A DNA stretch of 64,000 nt. It comes from Octopus vulgaris (taxonomy: Eukaryota). The position numbers and the translations under genes were made by a program. The DNA lies in the NCBI GenBank assembly GCA_951406725.2, contig OX597821.1:26226001-26290000 (forward strand). The letters are read 5' to 3'. Under the pieces are notes generated by a model. The model ran no database searches. It saw only the letters and a list, made by a program, of their open reading frames with translations, and was not told the origin of the DNA. Positions 23,635 to 38,095 of the stretch are shown in pieces (position 1 is the stretch's first letter; every line of letters begins with the position of its first letter).

Positions 23635-24105
23635 CAACAAAGGACAGCTGCCAAGTATTGATGGTCGACCCTATCAAAGGCTTTAGATTGATCCAAATGT
23701 ATCAGAACTTCACCCATGCTAGTTTCGTTACCCACCCTCTCTATGATGTAGCGCATAAGGTAGAAATAATCGCAAATAGTCCTGGTTGGGATGGCGCATG
23801 GTTGCACCTCGCGAATCAGCTTGGTTAACACCTTGGCCAAAATCTTCAACTCTGATGGGCCTAACGTCCCCCTTGTTTGGGTCCTTTCTCGGCAGTGCCA
23901 CCGCCCCTCGACAAACAAAAGTGGGAACTCTCCCATTTTATTGTCAGTTGCAGTAGACGTCTGTTGAGAGGCCCACAAACAAGTCTGGCATTGAAATATA
24001 AAGCTCGTAGGTCAGACCATCCAAACTCGGCGATCTACCTCCCTTGAAACGCTTCATCGCGGCTGTTATCAGCCTTTCGCAGCACCCCGCCTCGCTCGCT
24101 GAGAG
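23635..24105 (-). mobile_element. Tx1-clade LINE RT fragment
   Basis: ELKILAKVL...QPCAIPTRTICD...LIHLDQSKAFDRVDHQYL; SPSLDGLTYELY upstream. Confidence 0.85.
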
Positions 24106-24182
24106 TCTAAATAAAAGCTACATGAAATGACAAAATAGAACGATGCACAACAACAGTAATAATAATGAGTATGCCTAATAAT

Positions 24183-24860
24183 TTATTCTTTTATTGGCTA
24201 CAAGGGCGAATATAGATTATACATAAAAGACAACACAAGGCGATACAAAGGGTTTTCACATTCGTGTAAACATTAAATAACAATAAAGAGGTAACTGGTA
24301 AAACTCGCAATAGGAATAGGCGCTTTAAAGGTTACTCGTGGAAAACTCCACAGAAACCAAGGCTGCCTGATCTGAGCCCTTCTCCTTTTATTCTTTTTAC
24401 AGGTGTATTCTCAGAGTTGCTCCACTCACACTGGCCATTTTTCCACACTTACCTTTCAACAAATTTGCTAGAAGACACTTCCCTCTCCACCCTCACTTTC
24501 CTTTTCAAGTGAAACTTGAAAAAAGAAGAAAGTGTCTGACTTTAGCGCTTTCAATTGCCTGCACCTCCCAGTTAAAGAAGGGCGGCGGGGCAATCTTCAC
24601 TATGGATTCAGCTGATAGCCAGATACGTCCTACACCCAACAGCGGCTGTTCGACATAAACCCACAGGTCAGCAACGCTGGAGTATAGGACGAGTGTGTGC
24701 AGAGCGATTTCCTTGCTCTGAGCGCACTTCAGGCTGACGGCACTTCTGTGCCTGTTAAGTTTATCCCGAACGAGCGGCGCCCCTCGGTACACTGCCGGGC
24801 GAGGGATTTCTGGAAGTATTCCATAGACCTCAGCCCGAAAGTTCTCCGAAACAGACCAGA
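24183..24860 (-). mobile_element. Tx1-clade LINE 3' fragment
   Basis: YRGAPLVRDKLNRH...KIAPPPFF; colinear with 35-830; tail cccttgtagccaataaaagaat. Confidence 0.85.
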
Positions 24861-24920
24861 AAGTCGATCGGAGAAATTTGAAAGATGACTAATATAATGA
24901 AATTACATGCAGGCTTATGT

Positions 24921-25207
24921 GAAGGCGAAATGGCCCAATGGTTAGGGCAGCGGACTCGTGGTTGTAGGATCGCGGTTTCGATTCCCAGACAGGGTGTTTT
25001 GAGTGTCTATTGAGCGAAATCACCTAAAGCTCCACGCGGCTCCGGCAGGGGGCTGCTGTACTCTTTCACCACAACTTTCTCTCACTCTTTCTTCTGTTGG
25101 CCTGCTCGCTTAGCAGGGTGGCGTCATTTGAAAGCTAAAACAATGCGAAGCGCATTGTGACCAGTGATGTGTAGCAACATCTGATAGCCTGGTTGGTCAC
25201 GGTGATA
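24921..25207 (+). mobile_element. SINE family C, tail type 1
   Basis: Head and tail (gctaaaacaatgcgaagcgcattgtgaccag) as at 6138. Confidence 0.85.
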
Positions 25208-25499
25208 TTCAGGTTTATATTATTAGTGTACTTAAATAAAAAAAAATGTACATAGCGGAACGATGATCAACATAATTAAAAATATAACTGTTATTAGGAA
25301 AACAAAAACGTATATTAGTATTTGATTATCTTTAAGATATTGCAAAAATCATTATATTCCATAAACAATATGTAATAATTGAATAATAATGATTGTCTGT
25401 CTTGTACTCGATGAGATTCTGTGGATGAAAAAGAATTTTTTGCAGACACGTACTCAGACGTCACCGACAGTCAAACTGAAATCGTTCAAGAGATTCTTT

Positions 25500-25890
25500 G
25501 ATACAAGTTCAGCAATTTCAAAGAGGGGTAAGTCGATTATATCTACCCCAGTGCTCAACTGGTACTTATTTTATCGACCCCAAAAGGATGAAAGGCAAAG
25601 TCGACCTCGGCTGGTATTTGAACACAGGACGTAAAGACGGACGTAATACCCACTAAGCATTTTATTCTGCGAGTTAACGATTCTTTTCTATTCTAGATAC
25701 AAGGCCTGACATTTTTAGGGAGGGGCCAGTCGATTAGATTGAACCCAGTACGCAACTGGTACTTAATTTATCAACTCCCAAAGAATGAAAGGCAAAGTCG
25801 ACCTCAGCGGAACTTCAACTCAGAGCGTAAAGACAGACGAAATACGCTAAGCATTTCACCCGGCATGCTAACGTTTCTGCCAGTTCGCTG
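25500..25890 (-). mobile_element. Two tandem SINE A-related copies
   Basis: ctggtactt...gaaaggcaaagtcgacctc present twice. Confidence 0.75.
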
Positions 25891-25933
25891 TCTTGTCACT
25901 ATGCAATATTCTACTAATTGATTAGAATAATTG

Positions 25934-26412
<479 letters not shown>

Positions 26413-27063
26413 ACAGAAGGGGGCCGTTTGTAAAACGCCATTCAGTGAAAGGGTGTGCTCAGCGATTAGACAGATCCACTGTACGAGATCAAATAACGAC
26501 AGATATCGATTATATCATGCTATACCGTCTTAAGAAAACGATCACGTAGGTTATAATTCTGAATAAATTACGTTTGAGGTAAAACAAATGACATTTTGGC
26601 CATGGCTTCTAATTCGTCATCTGGCTCTAATCGACGGCAAAGACAACAGCGGCTACGACAAAAAATAATTCAACGATAACTATCACAACTTTTTTACACG
26701 GACATGCGAATAACAGTGGTTTCTAGTAAATCAAGCATATGTATCCGACCTAAAGTTCATTCATTCATTCACTCATTCAAAGTTCATCCATCCATCCATC
26801 CATCCATCTATCCCTATCTACCTACATACACAGTTACCTACTTACCTGAATATCTACCTAACCTCTTGATTTTTTTTACCTGTTTCAGTCATTAGTCGAC
26901 GGCCATGCTGGGGCACCGCCTTGAAAGACTTCGTCGAACAAAGACACACCAGTGCTTATTTTTAAATTCGGTATTTATTCTTACGGTCTATTTTTTGCCG
27001 AACATAAACAAACCAACGTCAGTCGTCAACCGGTTGGAGTAAGGGACATGTCAAAGACGCACG

Positions 27064-27117
<54 letters not shown>

Positions 27118-27133
27118 AATATTTGTATATACC

Positions 27134-27365
27134 TATTTCTTTATTACCCACAAGGGGCTAAACACAGAGGGGACAAACAAGGACAGACATAGGTATTAAG
27201 TCGATTACATCGACCCCAGTGCGTAACTGGTACTTAATTTATCGACCCCAAAAGGATGAAAGGTAAAGTCGACCTCGGCGGAATTTGAACTCACAACGTA
27301 ACGCAGACGAAATACCGCTAAGCATTTCGCCCGGCGTGCTAACGTTTCTGCCAGCTCGCCGCCTT
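27134..27365 (-). mobile_element. SINE family A, full length, 19-bp TSD
   Basis: TSD ataaatatttgtatatacc at 27115-27133 and 27366-27384. Confidence 0.92.
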
Positions 27366-27439
27366 ATAAATATTTGTATATACCACAGGTTTGTATACAG
27401 ACGTTGATGTAAGTATTAAGGGAGCAATGGGAGTGATCA

Positions 27440-27987
27440 CTCCCCGCGAGCACATTTTTCAAAACTTTGTAATACTAGATGGGCGTCCAGAAATTCAGCA
27501 ACAGAGGCGGTCGAGCAGAATTTATTAGCACTAGTAACTGCTCTACAAAGAATTCTGGATGGCAGGATAAAAATATAAAAACTATGCTCCTAAGCAGCTC
27601 GCTGAGGCAAAGGGTATACAAGAAACACTAAGTACTTATGAATTCTCAGTTGGTGTTATATTTTGAAGTGAAGTGCTAGACAAGGGTTTCAATTTATACA
27701 CATTTTTACAGAAAAGCAGTCTAGATCCGGTAACGAATTCTCAGTTGATTCAGATTTTTGAAAAAGAAATCAAAGATATGTGAAATGTATACTCTCTCTT
27801 TTACTCTTTTACCTGTTTCAGTCATTTGATTGCGACCATGCTGAAGCACCGCCTTTAGTCGAGCAAATCGACCCCAGGACTTATTCTTTGTAAGCCTAGT
27901 ATTTATTCTATCGGTCTGTTTAGTCGAACCGCTAAGTCACGGGGACATAAACACACCAGCATTGGTTGTCAAGCAATGCTAGGGGGA

Positions 27988-28037
<50 letters not shown>

Positions 28038-28059
28038 AACACACACACACACACACACA

Positions 28060-28104
<45 letters not shown>

Positions 28105-29303
28105 GACAGGCTTCTTTCAGTTTCCGTCTACCAAATCCACTCACAAGGCTTTGGTCAGCCCGAGGCTATAGTAGAAGACACTTTCCCAAGGTGCCACGCG
28201 GTGGGACTGAACCCGGAACCATGTGGTTGGTAAGCAAGCTACTTACCACTCAGCCACTCCTGCGCATATATATGAATCTCAGATTGAAAATAAAGTAAGT
28301 GAACTGGCTCAAGAGTATTATATTAGTACTGGATATAGGCAATACAAAAAACGTGAAGGAAAGAGATTCCAATCTGAAATTGCAGAAGATGAAGTAATAC
28401 TTGATGCTAGGAAGAAATTCATGATTGAAACCTAGTTAGTGTTCTTAGATTCTACTATAAAGGACACAAGTAAAAGAATCGAGTATTTTTTAAAATGTGG
28501 ATTTCAGCCTTGGTGTTTTAGATCCAAAACATTTTGACAGCGCAAATGATGTGAATAAGTCAGAAATTTTAGCAGACGCACTCAGACGTCACCGACAGTG
28601 AAACTGAAATCGCTCAAGAGTTTCTTCCATTCAAAGACGTGCACAAAGAAATAATGAGCACTAGGAGTAAAGGCTAATTGAAGTGTCGAAGAACTGACCA
28701 TTGACGATGTACATAATTTCATGATTGCCATTGACATGTGGTCCATTGACATGTGTTCCATCTATCCAAATTTGTCCACACTGTAACACCTTACCAATAA
28801 CTAGCGCAGTAGCTGAATGATCCTTTAGTCGGCTGAAAAAGATAAAGCTTTGCCTTCGTTCTGCAATGGGCGAGGGTAGATTGTCTAGCTTAGCTTCGCT
28901 CTCCATCGAAAGAGAGTTGGCTACTGAGGTGGTTATTGATAAAGTTATAGATAACTTTGCTAGAATAAAGCCAAAACGAAAGAAGGTGTTGTAGTTCCTT
29001 CGTGATACATTTTTCACACTGCTTCGTTTTGTTTTCATTTTACGTTTAAAATCAAAAACAATTGGATAACACAAATGTTTTGAGATTTATGAGCTTAACG
29101 TAAAACTATTTGTGTTTTAATTTTAAATACAAAATAACAATTAAGTACTTCCTTTAAAACTGTATCCTTCTCGTGTTTCGATTTTAAACACAAAATTAAA
29201 ATGTATAATTAATGAGTTAAAAATTGTTTGGTCTGTGTCACGGCGCCATTTTTATTGTGCTCAGCCCATTTTTTTCTAACTCTGGAATCTGGCTACATTC
29301 CTG
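27440..29303 (+). mobile_element. Decayed hAT transposon, interrupted by SINE B; small related piece at about 25385-25498
   Basis: CNTRWASRNSATEAV (TRW motif, about 27468) and dimerisation domain TLPITSAVAE*SFSRLKKIKLCLRSAMGEGRLSSLASLSIE (about 28785-28994); end ...cctg. Confidence 0.8.
27792..28265 (-). mobile_element. SINE family B nested in the hAT remnant
   Basis: Homologous to 8755-9192. Confidence 0.9.
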
Positions 29304-29440
29304 TATACAGATCCATCTACGAAATACCCTCACAAGTGAAGACATTTTGTCAAGTTATTGCACAATGGGACTGAACGCGACACCACGTGATAGCGAGGCG
29401 AGTTTATTAACCTCACAGCTTGCACCTGCTACACACGCAC

Positions 29441-29501
<61 letters not shown>

Positions 29502-29511
29502 CATATATATA

Positions 29512-29910
29512 ACTCTTTACTTGTTTCAGTCATTTGACTGTGGCCATGCTGGAGCACCGCCTTTAGTTGAACAAATCGACCCCAGGGCTTATTACTTGTA
29601 AGCCTAGTACTTATTCTATAGGTCTCTTTTGCCGAACACCGCTAAATCACGGGGACGTAAACACACCAGCATCGGTTGTCAAGCGATGTTGGTGGTGGTG
29701 GTGGGGGGACAAACACAGACACGCAAACATATACACACACACATACATATATACATATATATATACGACGGGCTTCTTTCAGTTTCCGTCTATCAAATCC
29801 ACTCACAAGGCTTTGGTCGGCCTGAGGCTATAGTAGAAGACACATGCCCAAGATGCCTCGGAACCATGTGGTTGGTAAGCAAGCTACTTACCACACAGCC
29901 ACTACTATGC
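29512..29910 (-). mobile_element. SINE family B
   Basis: Homologous to 8755-9192. Confidence 0.9.
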
Positions 29911-29943
<33 letters not shown>

Positions 29944-30299
29944 CACATACATACATGTATGTATGTATATACACGTGTGTGTGTGTGTAATTGTGAGAAA
30001 CATGCAGTCATACACTCCATTCCCATATTCTCTTTTACAGTCATTTATGGTTAAATTAACTTTAGGAAGAACAAAATGATTTTTCCGTTAACCTTTTCAG
30101 GGGAAGAGATGCCCATGTCCTTTCCCTGACCAGGGAAATGCTATCTGCTATTAACGGTCATCGTAAATAATTGCAACCCGATGGCAGCATGAAAAGCTTA
30201 CGAAGGGAAGAAATGCCAGAGGATCTACTTTAGGGACCAGGAGCACAGAACTGAGCATAGAACTTCTGAAAGAAAAAAAAAAAAATTGCATTTCGAGAC

Positions 30300-30583
30300 A
30301 CGTCTATTTTGCAGCACTGGTTATGTTGTGATGACGATGGTGGGTAGGAACTCCCAAAATTCAAAGCGAGAATTCTTTCTGTTTCGTTTGCAGTCGCTGT
30401 GCCAGCTGAAGATCCCGCTTTTATGGTGGTAACTGATTACAGTGGTTAATGCAGGACCTGAAGAAATACTATACGAGTGAAAGGAGTAGGGGACATATTT
30501 GAATTGGGAGTGCCCGCGCGGTGTTGGTACGAGATCTGACGCAACCGAAGAGTAGATGCTACGGTAACAGCAGTAGAAAAGGC

Positions 30584-30615
<32 letters not shown>

Positions 30616-32005
30616 AGTGGAGAGGGGGAGAGAGAGAGAGAGAGGGAGAGAGAGGGAGGGAGAGAGAGAGGGGGAGATAAGGAGAGGGGAGGGAGAGGGA
30701 GAGGGGGAGATAAGGAGAGGGGAGAGAGAGGGAGAGGGGAGAGAGATGGAGGGGGAAGGGAGAGAGAATGAGGGAGAGAGAGAGAGTGGAGAGAGAGAGG
30801 GAGAGAGGAGAGATAGAGGGAGAGAGATAGAGAGAGGGAGAAAGAGAGAGAGAGAGGGAGAGAGAAAGAGGGAGAGAGAAAGAGGGAGAGAAAAAGAGGG
30901 AGAGAGAAAGAGGGAGGGAGAGAGAAAGAGGGAGAGAGAAAGAGGGAGAGAGAGGGAGAGAGAGATATATAGAGAGAGACGGAGAGAGATATATATATAT
31001 AGAGAGAGGGAGATATATATATATAGAGAGAGAGAGAGGGAGAGAGAGAGAGAGGGGTAAGAAGATATCTGTTGGACAGAGGTTAGTGTTCTGAGAAAAT
31101 TCCTGCCGGTCAGTCAAGAAGCCTTTCCTTGGACGGGGTCTCTGTGACTGTGTAGCAACTACGCAGTCACAGACGTGGGAGCAGTTCTCCATTGCGGGTC
31201 CTCCTTGAGCTTCGTGGAAGGCTAACAGTTGCTGGGAACTGAAGTATATTATGGCTATGAAGAGGTAGGCCAGTCTCTGTGATTAGGCCCAGGCTAAACT
31301 GCGGATGGTCATTTGCCTGGACGGGCTTTCGTCCAGAGAAAACCTTCCTGATAGAGGGAATTTAAACGTTTGAAGCAACTAGAAAGATACTAGTTTGCGT
31401 TCTGTTCCTGTTTAGTGGTAAGATTTCGTACGATAGTGTTTTCTTGGTGTGTGCAGAGATTATGATGTCTTGTTTTTATTTTTAATTTTGAAGGAGACGA
31501 ATTTGGCAGCCGTCCATTACAGGATGTTTTCTAGGTTTCTGTTTACGGAATTAGTGCAGATTTGAGTGAGATGTCTAGGTTAGGTTGTATGTAAGACGAT
31601 GCTTGAGTGAAGAAGGTTAGGGATGTATGACGTGCTGTATCAACTGTGGAGAAGCAGGTATCGTTAGGCGGCGAGCTGGCAGAATCGTTAGCACGCCGGG
31701 CGAAATGCGTAGCCGTATTTCGTCTGTCGTTACGTTCTGAGTTCAAATTCCGCCGAGGTCGACTTTGCCTTTCATCCTTTCGGGGTCGATAAATTAAGTA
31801 CCAGTTACGCACTGGGATCGATGTAATCGACTTAATACCTATGCCTGTCCTTGTTTGCCCTCTCTGTGTTTAGCCCCTTGTGGGTAGTAAAGAAATAGGT
31901 ATCGTTGGATGCAACGAAAAAACAGGTCGTTGATGTATTGGAGGCGGGGGTAAAAAGTGTGTGCGGCGGGGAACCGAACCATGGGATGCATCAGAGTTAT
32001 CAAGA
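30300..32005 (-). mobile_element. Heavily decayed CR1/L2-group LINE (RT C-terminal half), interrupted by (GA)n-rich tract and SINE A
   Basis: Minus-frame remnants NSDASHGSV...QYINDL, NLENIL*W, YFSSQQLLAFHEAQGGPAMENCSHV (compare SGVPQGSV..YINDL and FxxxQLLxLYKAQIRPxMEYCSHIW). Confidence 0.65.
31666..31896 (+). mobile_element. SINE family A, full length, 9-10-bp TSD
   Basis: aggtatcgtt at 31656-31665 and 31897-31906. Confidence 0.92.
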
Positions 32006-32919
32006 GTGGGAGAGAAAGAGAAACTGAAACTGAGAGAGGGAGAGAGAGAGGGAGGGGATGGAGGGGGAGAGTGGGATGAAACTCCATCTTTTACATACTG
32101 CGATAGTCAGATCGGACAGGATGTCGGAGGAAGATCCTGAGTGGAGAGAGGAGCAAGCGGAGAGAGGAGCAAGTGGAGAGAGGAGCAAGCGGAGAGTAAT
32201 GGATATGTGTATGTATTTGCGCTTGTGTGTGCACGCTCATGTGTGTGTATGTGTGTATGTGTGTGCATGCATGTGTGTATGTGTATGTGTGTGATAATGT
32301 GCGTTTATATGTTTGTAAAAAGTACGACCGCTGCTTTCTCTTCGCAACTTGGTCCGTAAAGCAGAAATATTTCGTGTTGTAGTTGTGGTTGTTGCTTAGC
32401 TCTCGATCAGCTCCGTTCAAGTAGACCTGGGTCATATAAAGATTTCCAATCATGGCCATCCTGTTTTCTTAGTAGATGACTACTTTATCTAATGTGCGAC
32501 AGCCTCCTCCCCCTATTTTAAGGCGGTGGATTCTGATCTCAGATGAGTTTTAGCTGCTATTTCTAGCAGGTCGAGCGATCACATAGAGACTCCTTCACCG
32601 ACTCAGAAATACTGTTGTTGCTGACGATGTTTTGGCTTTGCTGCTGCTACTACTGCTGCTACTGCTACTGCTGCTACTGCTACTGCTGCTGTTGTTGCTG
32701 TCGTTGTTGTTGTTTAACCACAGGTCAATGACGATCAGGTAGGTCCATTAACAAAGGCATCCCAGCCATTCCATTTCAGTCTTTGATTATCGGGCAGTGT
32801 ATCGATAACCGCATTTACCAATATATCCTTTTTCAAACGGTAGGCCCCGATTTAAAGGAGATTTGGCTGCTATTTCCAGCATATTGAGTGAACTCTTAGA
32901 GACTATCTGATTGGCTTAC

Positions 32920-33560
32920 TGTTGCTGTTGACGCTACTGCTGTTACTGCTGCTGCTGCTGCTGCTGCTGGTATGGCTGTTGCGGCTAGGGCTTGTGTTAC
33001 TGCTGTTGTTAATGCTGCTGCTCTTGCTGCTGCTTCTGCTGCTGCTGCTGCTGTTACCGTTACTGTTGCTACTGCTGCTGTAATTCTTCTTGTTGCTGCT
33101 GCTGCTGTTGCTGTTGCCACTATTTATTGCTAGCTCCAAACAGTGAATTCTTGAAGCCGCCACCACCAGCACCTGCAGCAACAGCAGCAGTGGAAACATC
33201 ACTAGCAGTACCAGTAACACCACCACCACCGCCACCACCACCACCACCACCGCCACCACCGCCACCACCACCACCACCACCACCACCACAACTGCCGCCG
33301 CCGCCGGCACCTCCTCCACCGCAACCGCCGCCGCTGCCGGCACCTCCTCCACCGCAACCGCCGCCGCCGCCGGCACCTCCTCCACCGCAACCGCCGCCGC
33401 CGCCGCCGCCACCACCACTACCACCACAACCACCACCACAACCACCACCACCACCACCACCACAACCACCACCACAGCCACCACCACAACCACTACTGCT
33501 GTCACCACCACCACCACCACCGCCACCGCCGCCGCCGCCACCACCACCACCACCACTCTA
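32920..33560. repeat. Trinucleotide block (CTG/CCA/CCG) with a 30-bp unit repeated three times
   Basis: ccgccgccgccggcacctcctccaccgcaa x3 at about 33295-33390. Confidence 0.9.
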
Positions 33561-35419
33561 AATATAACGAAGTGAGTGAGTCTTCTAAAACAGTGCTCTA
33601 GTTTTTGTTTAAGACAAGAATTGATAGGAATTAAAATATGAACGCTGTTAGTCTCTGGAAATATGACACCCCACCAGTTCCAAAATAAAAACAACAAACA
33701 AACAAATAAATAAATAAAAAAAATAAAGGCTTGCCAACGAAAGAGCATCTTCGTGGTCGCTCAACCTTCTAGAAACAACAGCCAAACCTCCTTCCAATTA
33801 CATTCCCCCATTCACCTACGGTTTAGAAAACAACACGTAGGTTTCTTACGCGTAGAGAAAAGAAGAATTCATCACGGCTGGTACATCTTTCATCATAACC
33901 TTGCTAGATTGGAGCGGAACTGCGCTAAATGTCAACTTTGTCTTTTTACCCTTCACTCAGGCTGTATGATAAAAAAAAGAATATCAATGGAGGGAAGCCA
34001 ATAAATTGGTGTAACTAACTGTAAGGAAAGTGGGCCAGATGCGTTGCTGCATTTGCTCCATCTCAATGCATTCTGAGTTCAAATCGCTCCGTGGCTAACT
34101 TGGGTGGTCTACGTAAACAAACCCTCGTCGGTTTAATATCACTATATGGAGTCTTGGGTGGGTTCAACGGAGTCGACTCTATTGTAAGCATTTGGGCTAG
34201 GCTTTGCCTCTTTCTTTCTTGGCATTCCGGTCTGCATCATCAGTTTTTTTTTTTACTTTGAAGCGGAGCGAACCTTAAAATACATCTACCTTTTTAGCTC
34301 TGCGTATTGAGATTTTAATCTATTCAATAATTTTGTGGATGGGATGTCGCTTTTATGTAGGCCCGAGCTAAGAGGGATTGTTGGGCCATACACTAACTGT
34401 CCAATTTATCATGCCATGCACTAGCTATTTCTTTATATTGTACTCTGCCTATTCTGTTTACAGCACCATAAACATGTTGTTCTATCTGTCAACCAAGTAT
34501 TAACCATTACAAACTAGTCTATTGTTTATACACTGTATCTATATACTACAAACGAGCAGATGCAGTCTCATTTCAGAAGTGACGACATCAACAGGCCGCA
34601 AGAACGGCGAAATACGCACCTGCTGATCTCACTGTCGCTTGTGAGGCAAATAACTTTTGCTTAACTCTGAAGTATTTTTCCCGGACGAACTGCTGCTTCT
34701 GGCTTTTTAACGACATACATACGTTACGTAAGCTATATAGATAAAGATTTTATATACTGGCTATTTTATTATACTATACACTCGCTGACCTATTTACTAT
34801 ACCATACACTTGTAGCTTACGTTGTCTATTGTATTCGCTATACCATACCATACTATAACGAGACAAAACAATATATGGCAAAATAAACAAGGCACTGGTC
34901 TTTGGTATAACATTCAATGTCTGATATACAAGAACAATTGACTGGCTTTTCTTGTACATGATTTACTTACTACACTATACACCAACTATTCTATCTACCT
35001 ACCACACACTGGCTGTTCTGGCAACTATACCATACATAGGCATTTCTATCTAATATCCTGTACACGAGCCGTTCTATTTACTATGCCGTACATTGTTACT
35101 TCTACACAATGTTCTAGCTTTCCTGTTTATTTTACCTAACACCAAGGGAGTAGCAACTCTTTCAATGCCTTAACAAGCCGCTTCCTTGCGATAAATTAAA
35201 GCTGCTTGAGTGATAACCTTGAGATAGGCTCTGTTAAATGTAGGTTGAAGTGATTGTTGGGCTGAGAGTCCTGAAAGAGATTTGAGGGAGAATCATTTGA
35301 GTTAGGGTACCGAGGAGTTAGTGGAAACTGAGGTAAAGTGAGAAGATATAAGGCGAAGAAAAGCTAATGGGGGAAAAAAAAAAAAACTGAATTAGAGAGA
35401 GTAGTAATATAGTAAGACC

Positions 35420-35712
35420 CTCTGTCTTGAGTTTTTGGACTCATAGGACCGGTTATCCAGTTTCCATGACCTATAAGTAACCGAGACCACAACATAGCCT
35501 CCGAATGGGAATGGCGTTAACTAGGAAGAGAGATTAGATCTATTCACGAGCGGATTCGTCGCAGGGTTATTTATTTAGAGCTAACCGAACTGGAGCATCG
35601 TTACACGAAGTGTTTTGTCCAAGAACACAACGTGCCACCCGGTTTGGATACCGAATCCATGATCTTGTGATCGTGAGTGAAACCCCCTGACTACTAGGCC
35701 GAGTGCCTTCAC
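35420..35712 (-). mobile_element. Diverged tRNA/CORE-like SINE family D
   Basis: aagtgttttgtccaagaacacaacg...gatcttgtgatcgtgagtgaaaccccctgactactaggcc; homologues at 54035 and 62157. Confidence 0.65.
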
Positions 35713-35932
35713 TAGAATGGATTGAGATATGGAGAAAAGAAGTCAGTAGAAGCTAAGCTGAGATTGAGTGAATAGAGATAGGGAGAAATAACTTAGCAGA
35801 AGCAAAGCTCGGCTTGAGGGCTTCTACGCTCTGGCGTTGGATTACGGTTATAAAAATAGTGGTAAGTGAAAAGTAGTATGAGAGATTTAATAACGAGGGA
35901 ATGATAAAACATTGGTGTATTTATGGATTTGT

Positions 35933-36300
35933 GGAGGCGCAATGGTCCTGTGGTTAAGCCAGCGGGCTCGCAGTCGTAGGATCGCGGTTTCGATTCCCAG
36001 ACCGAGCGTTGTGAGTGTTTATTGAGCGAAAACGCCTAAAGCTCCACGAGGCTCCGGCAGGGGTGGTGGCGAACCCTGCTGTACTCTTTCACCACAACTT
36101 TCTCTCACTCTTTCTTCCTGTTTCTGTTGTATCTGTATTTCAAAGGGCCAGCATTGTCACACGCTGAATCTCCCCGAGAACTACGTTAAGGGTACACGTG
36201 TCTGTGGAGTGCTCAGCCACTTACACGTTAATTTCACGAGCAGGCTGTTCCGTTGATCGGATCAACTGGAACCTTATCATCGTAACCGACGGAGTGCCAC
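35933..36300 (+). mobile_element. SINE family C, tail type 2
   Basis: Same tRNA head; tail ctccccgagaactacgttaagggtacacgtg...cgtaaccgacggagtgccac. Confidence 0.85.
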
Positions 36301-37716
36301 TCCTTTAAGGATTTACTGTTTCAGTAAGGATTGGCAATAGTGAACATTTAATAATAAAAGATTCAAAGTGAATGCATAGTCTTTCCTCTGAACTACTCGA
36401 CATAGCGGAGTGGGCAGGAGATGCAAGCGAAATGAATGAATGAGAGAGGATGAGTAAGAAAATTGAAGGAAGGGGTGATGGAAGTGGAGAAAATGAGCGA
36501 AATCAGAAGAGAGTAGGAGGAGATGGAATATTATTTAAGACTAAGAAAATATGATAGGGAAAGGTGTAGATTAAAGAAAGATTTTTTCCCCTTGGTTTTA
36601 TACTTAATCCAAATGTACGGAGAAGAGAGGGAAAACTAGTTAGGATAAGGGAGAAAAGAAATAAGATTTTAAAAAAGTGAATGAGAAGGGAAGGAAAATT
36701 GAGAAGCAAAGATATAAACGAGAGGATGTGAAGCAATGAGAGAGAGAGAGAGGGGGAGAGAGAGAGAGGGGGAGAGAGAGAGAGAGGGGGAGAGAGAGAG
36801 GGGAGAGAGAGGGAAGGAGAGAGAGGGGAGAGAGAGGGGGGAGAGTTGGAGTTCGGTTAGATGTTGTTGTGGTGTGTTCCACATAAAGTACAAGAGACCG
36901 GCGAAACAGAGAGCACGTTGACACAACTGGTGATATCAGTTAAATTCAAAACCTTCTCGTTATTTGGTTCATTATCAGTTATTTAATTAATATCACAAGC
37001 TAAAACATTTATGGGGAATGATAGAAAGAGTTTCTGATGTTCATGACTTCCATGGTAGCTTTAGCAGCGTATAGAAAATGAAATGTCTTTGCGAAGAGCA
37101 ACCAGATCTATTTGCGAGTGAGTTCATATGGTATATTATACGTTCCGCTGATGAGGTTCGTTAAGACAGGAATATGTACGTTACTATCAACGTTCTTGCT
37201 AGCGAAGATCAGATTATCTTTCCCTACCGTTGCGAGTCTCGATCAAATGCCTTTTGGATCTTCTCAAACAAACAGAAAACCTTTTATTTCAATGATTTTT
37301 TTTTGGCGTCGATAATGCAGTACGTCCATTCATACTTGATCTATTTCAATCCATGTCAACAGCTTATTTGAGTTATTTCCCTAATTCAAATTCATTTTCT
37401 ATTTGTAGGGAGCTTACTTCTTGAATTGCAGCGACCGTGTCTGTTATTTTGTTGCTGCTTAGCCTTGGCTTAACCTTTATCCAGCAGACTTATGATTAAC
37501 GGCATTTCAACCATGAATATCATGACCTTCAAATGGTTTGTGGGTTTGCACTATTGATGTGCACTTTCCATATTGAAGGCGGTAGAGTGTGATTGCTGGG
37601 AGAATTATCGATTATTTAAAATTTTTTTCCTGTGTGAGATAAACACATTGAGTATATTGAAACTTTAATTTCTTCTATCTTCGTCTGTATTTGTATACAT
37701 ACATACACACACACAC

Positions 37717-38095
37717 ATGTATGTATGTATGTATGTATGTATGTATGTATGTATGTATGTATGTATGTATGTATGTATGTATGTATGTATGTATGTATGT
37801 ATGTATGTATGTATGTATGTATGAATGTATGAATGTATGTGTGTATGTGTGTATGTATGTATGTATGTATGTATGTATGTATGTATGTATGTATGTATGT
37901 ATGTATGTATGTATGTATGTATGTATGTATGTATGTATGTATGTATGTATGTATGTATGTGTGTGTGTGTATGTGTGTATGTGTGTCTGTATGTGTGTAT
38001 GTATATATGTATGTATGTGTGTATGTGTGTATGTATGTGTGTATGTGTGTATGTATGTATGTATGTATGTATGTATATGTATATGTGTATATATA
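37717..38095. repeat. (TATG)n microsatellite
   Basis: Direct reading. Confidence 0.95.

Noticed and set aside
32139-32196. 16-bp tandem repeat (gyggagagaggagcaa) as a CRISPR-like array
   Set aside because: No spacers; an ordinary eukaryotic minisatellite.
33127-33561. Poly-proline ORF resembling formin or extensin
   Set aside because: Explained by CCA/CCG microsatellite; no ATG start evident, no splice context and no non-repetitive domain.
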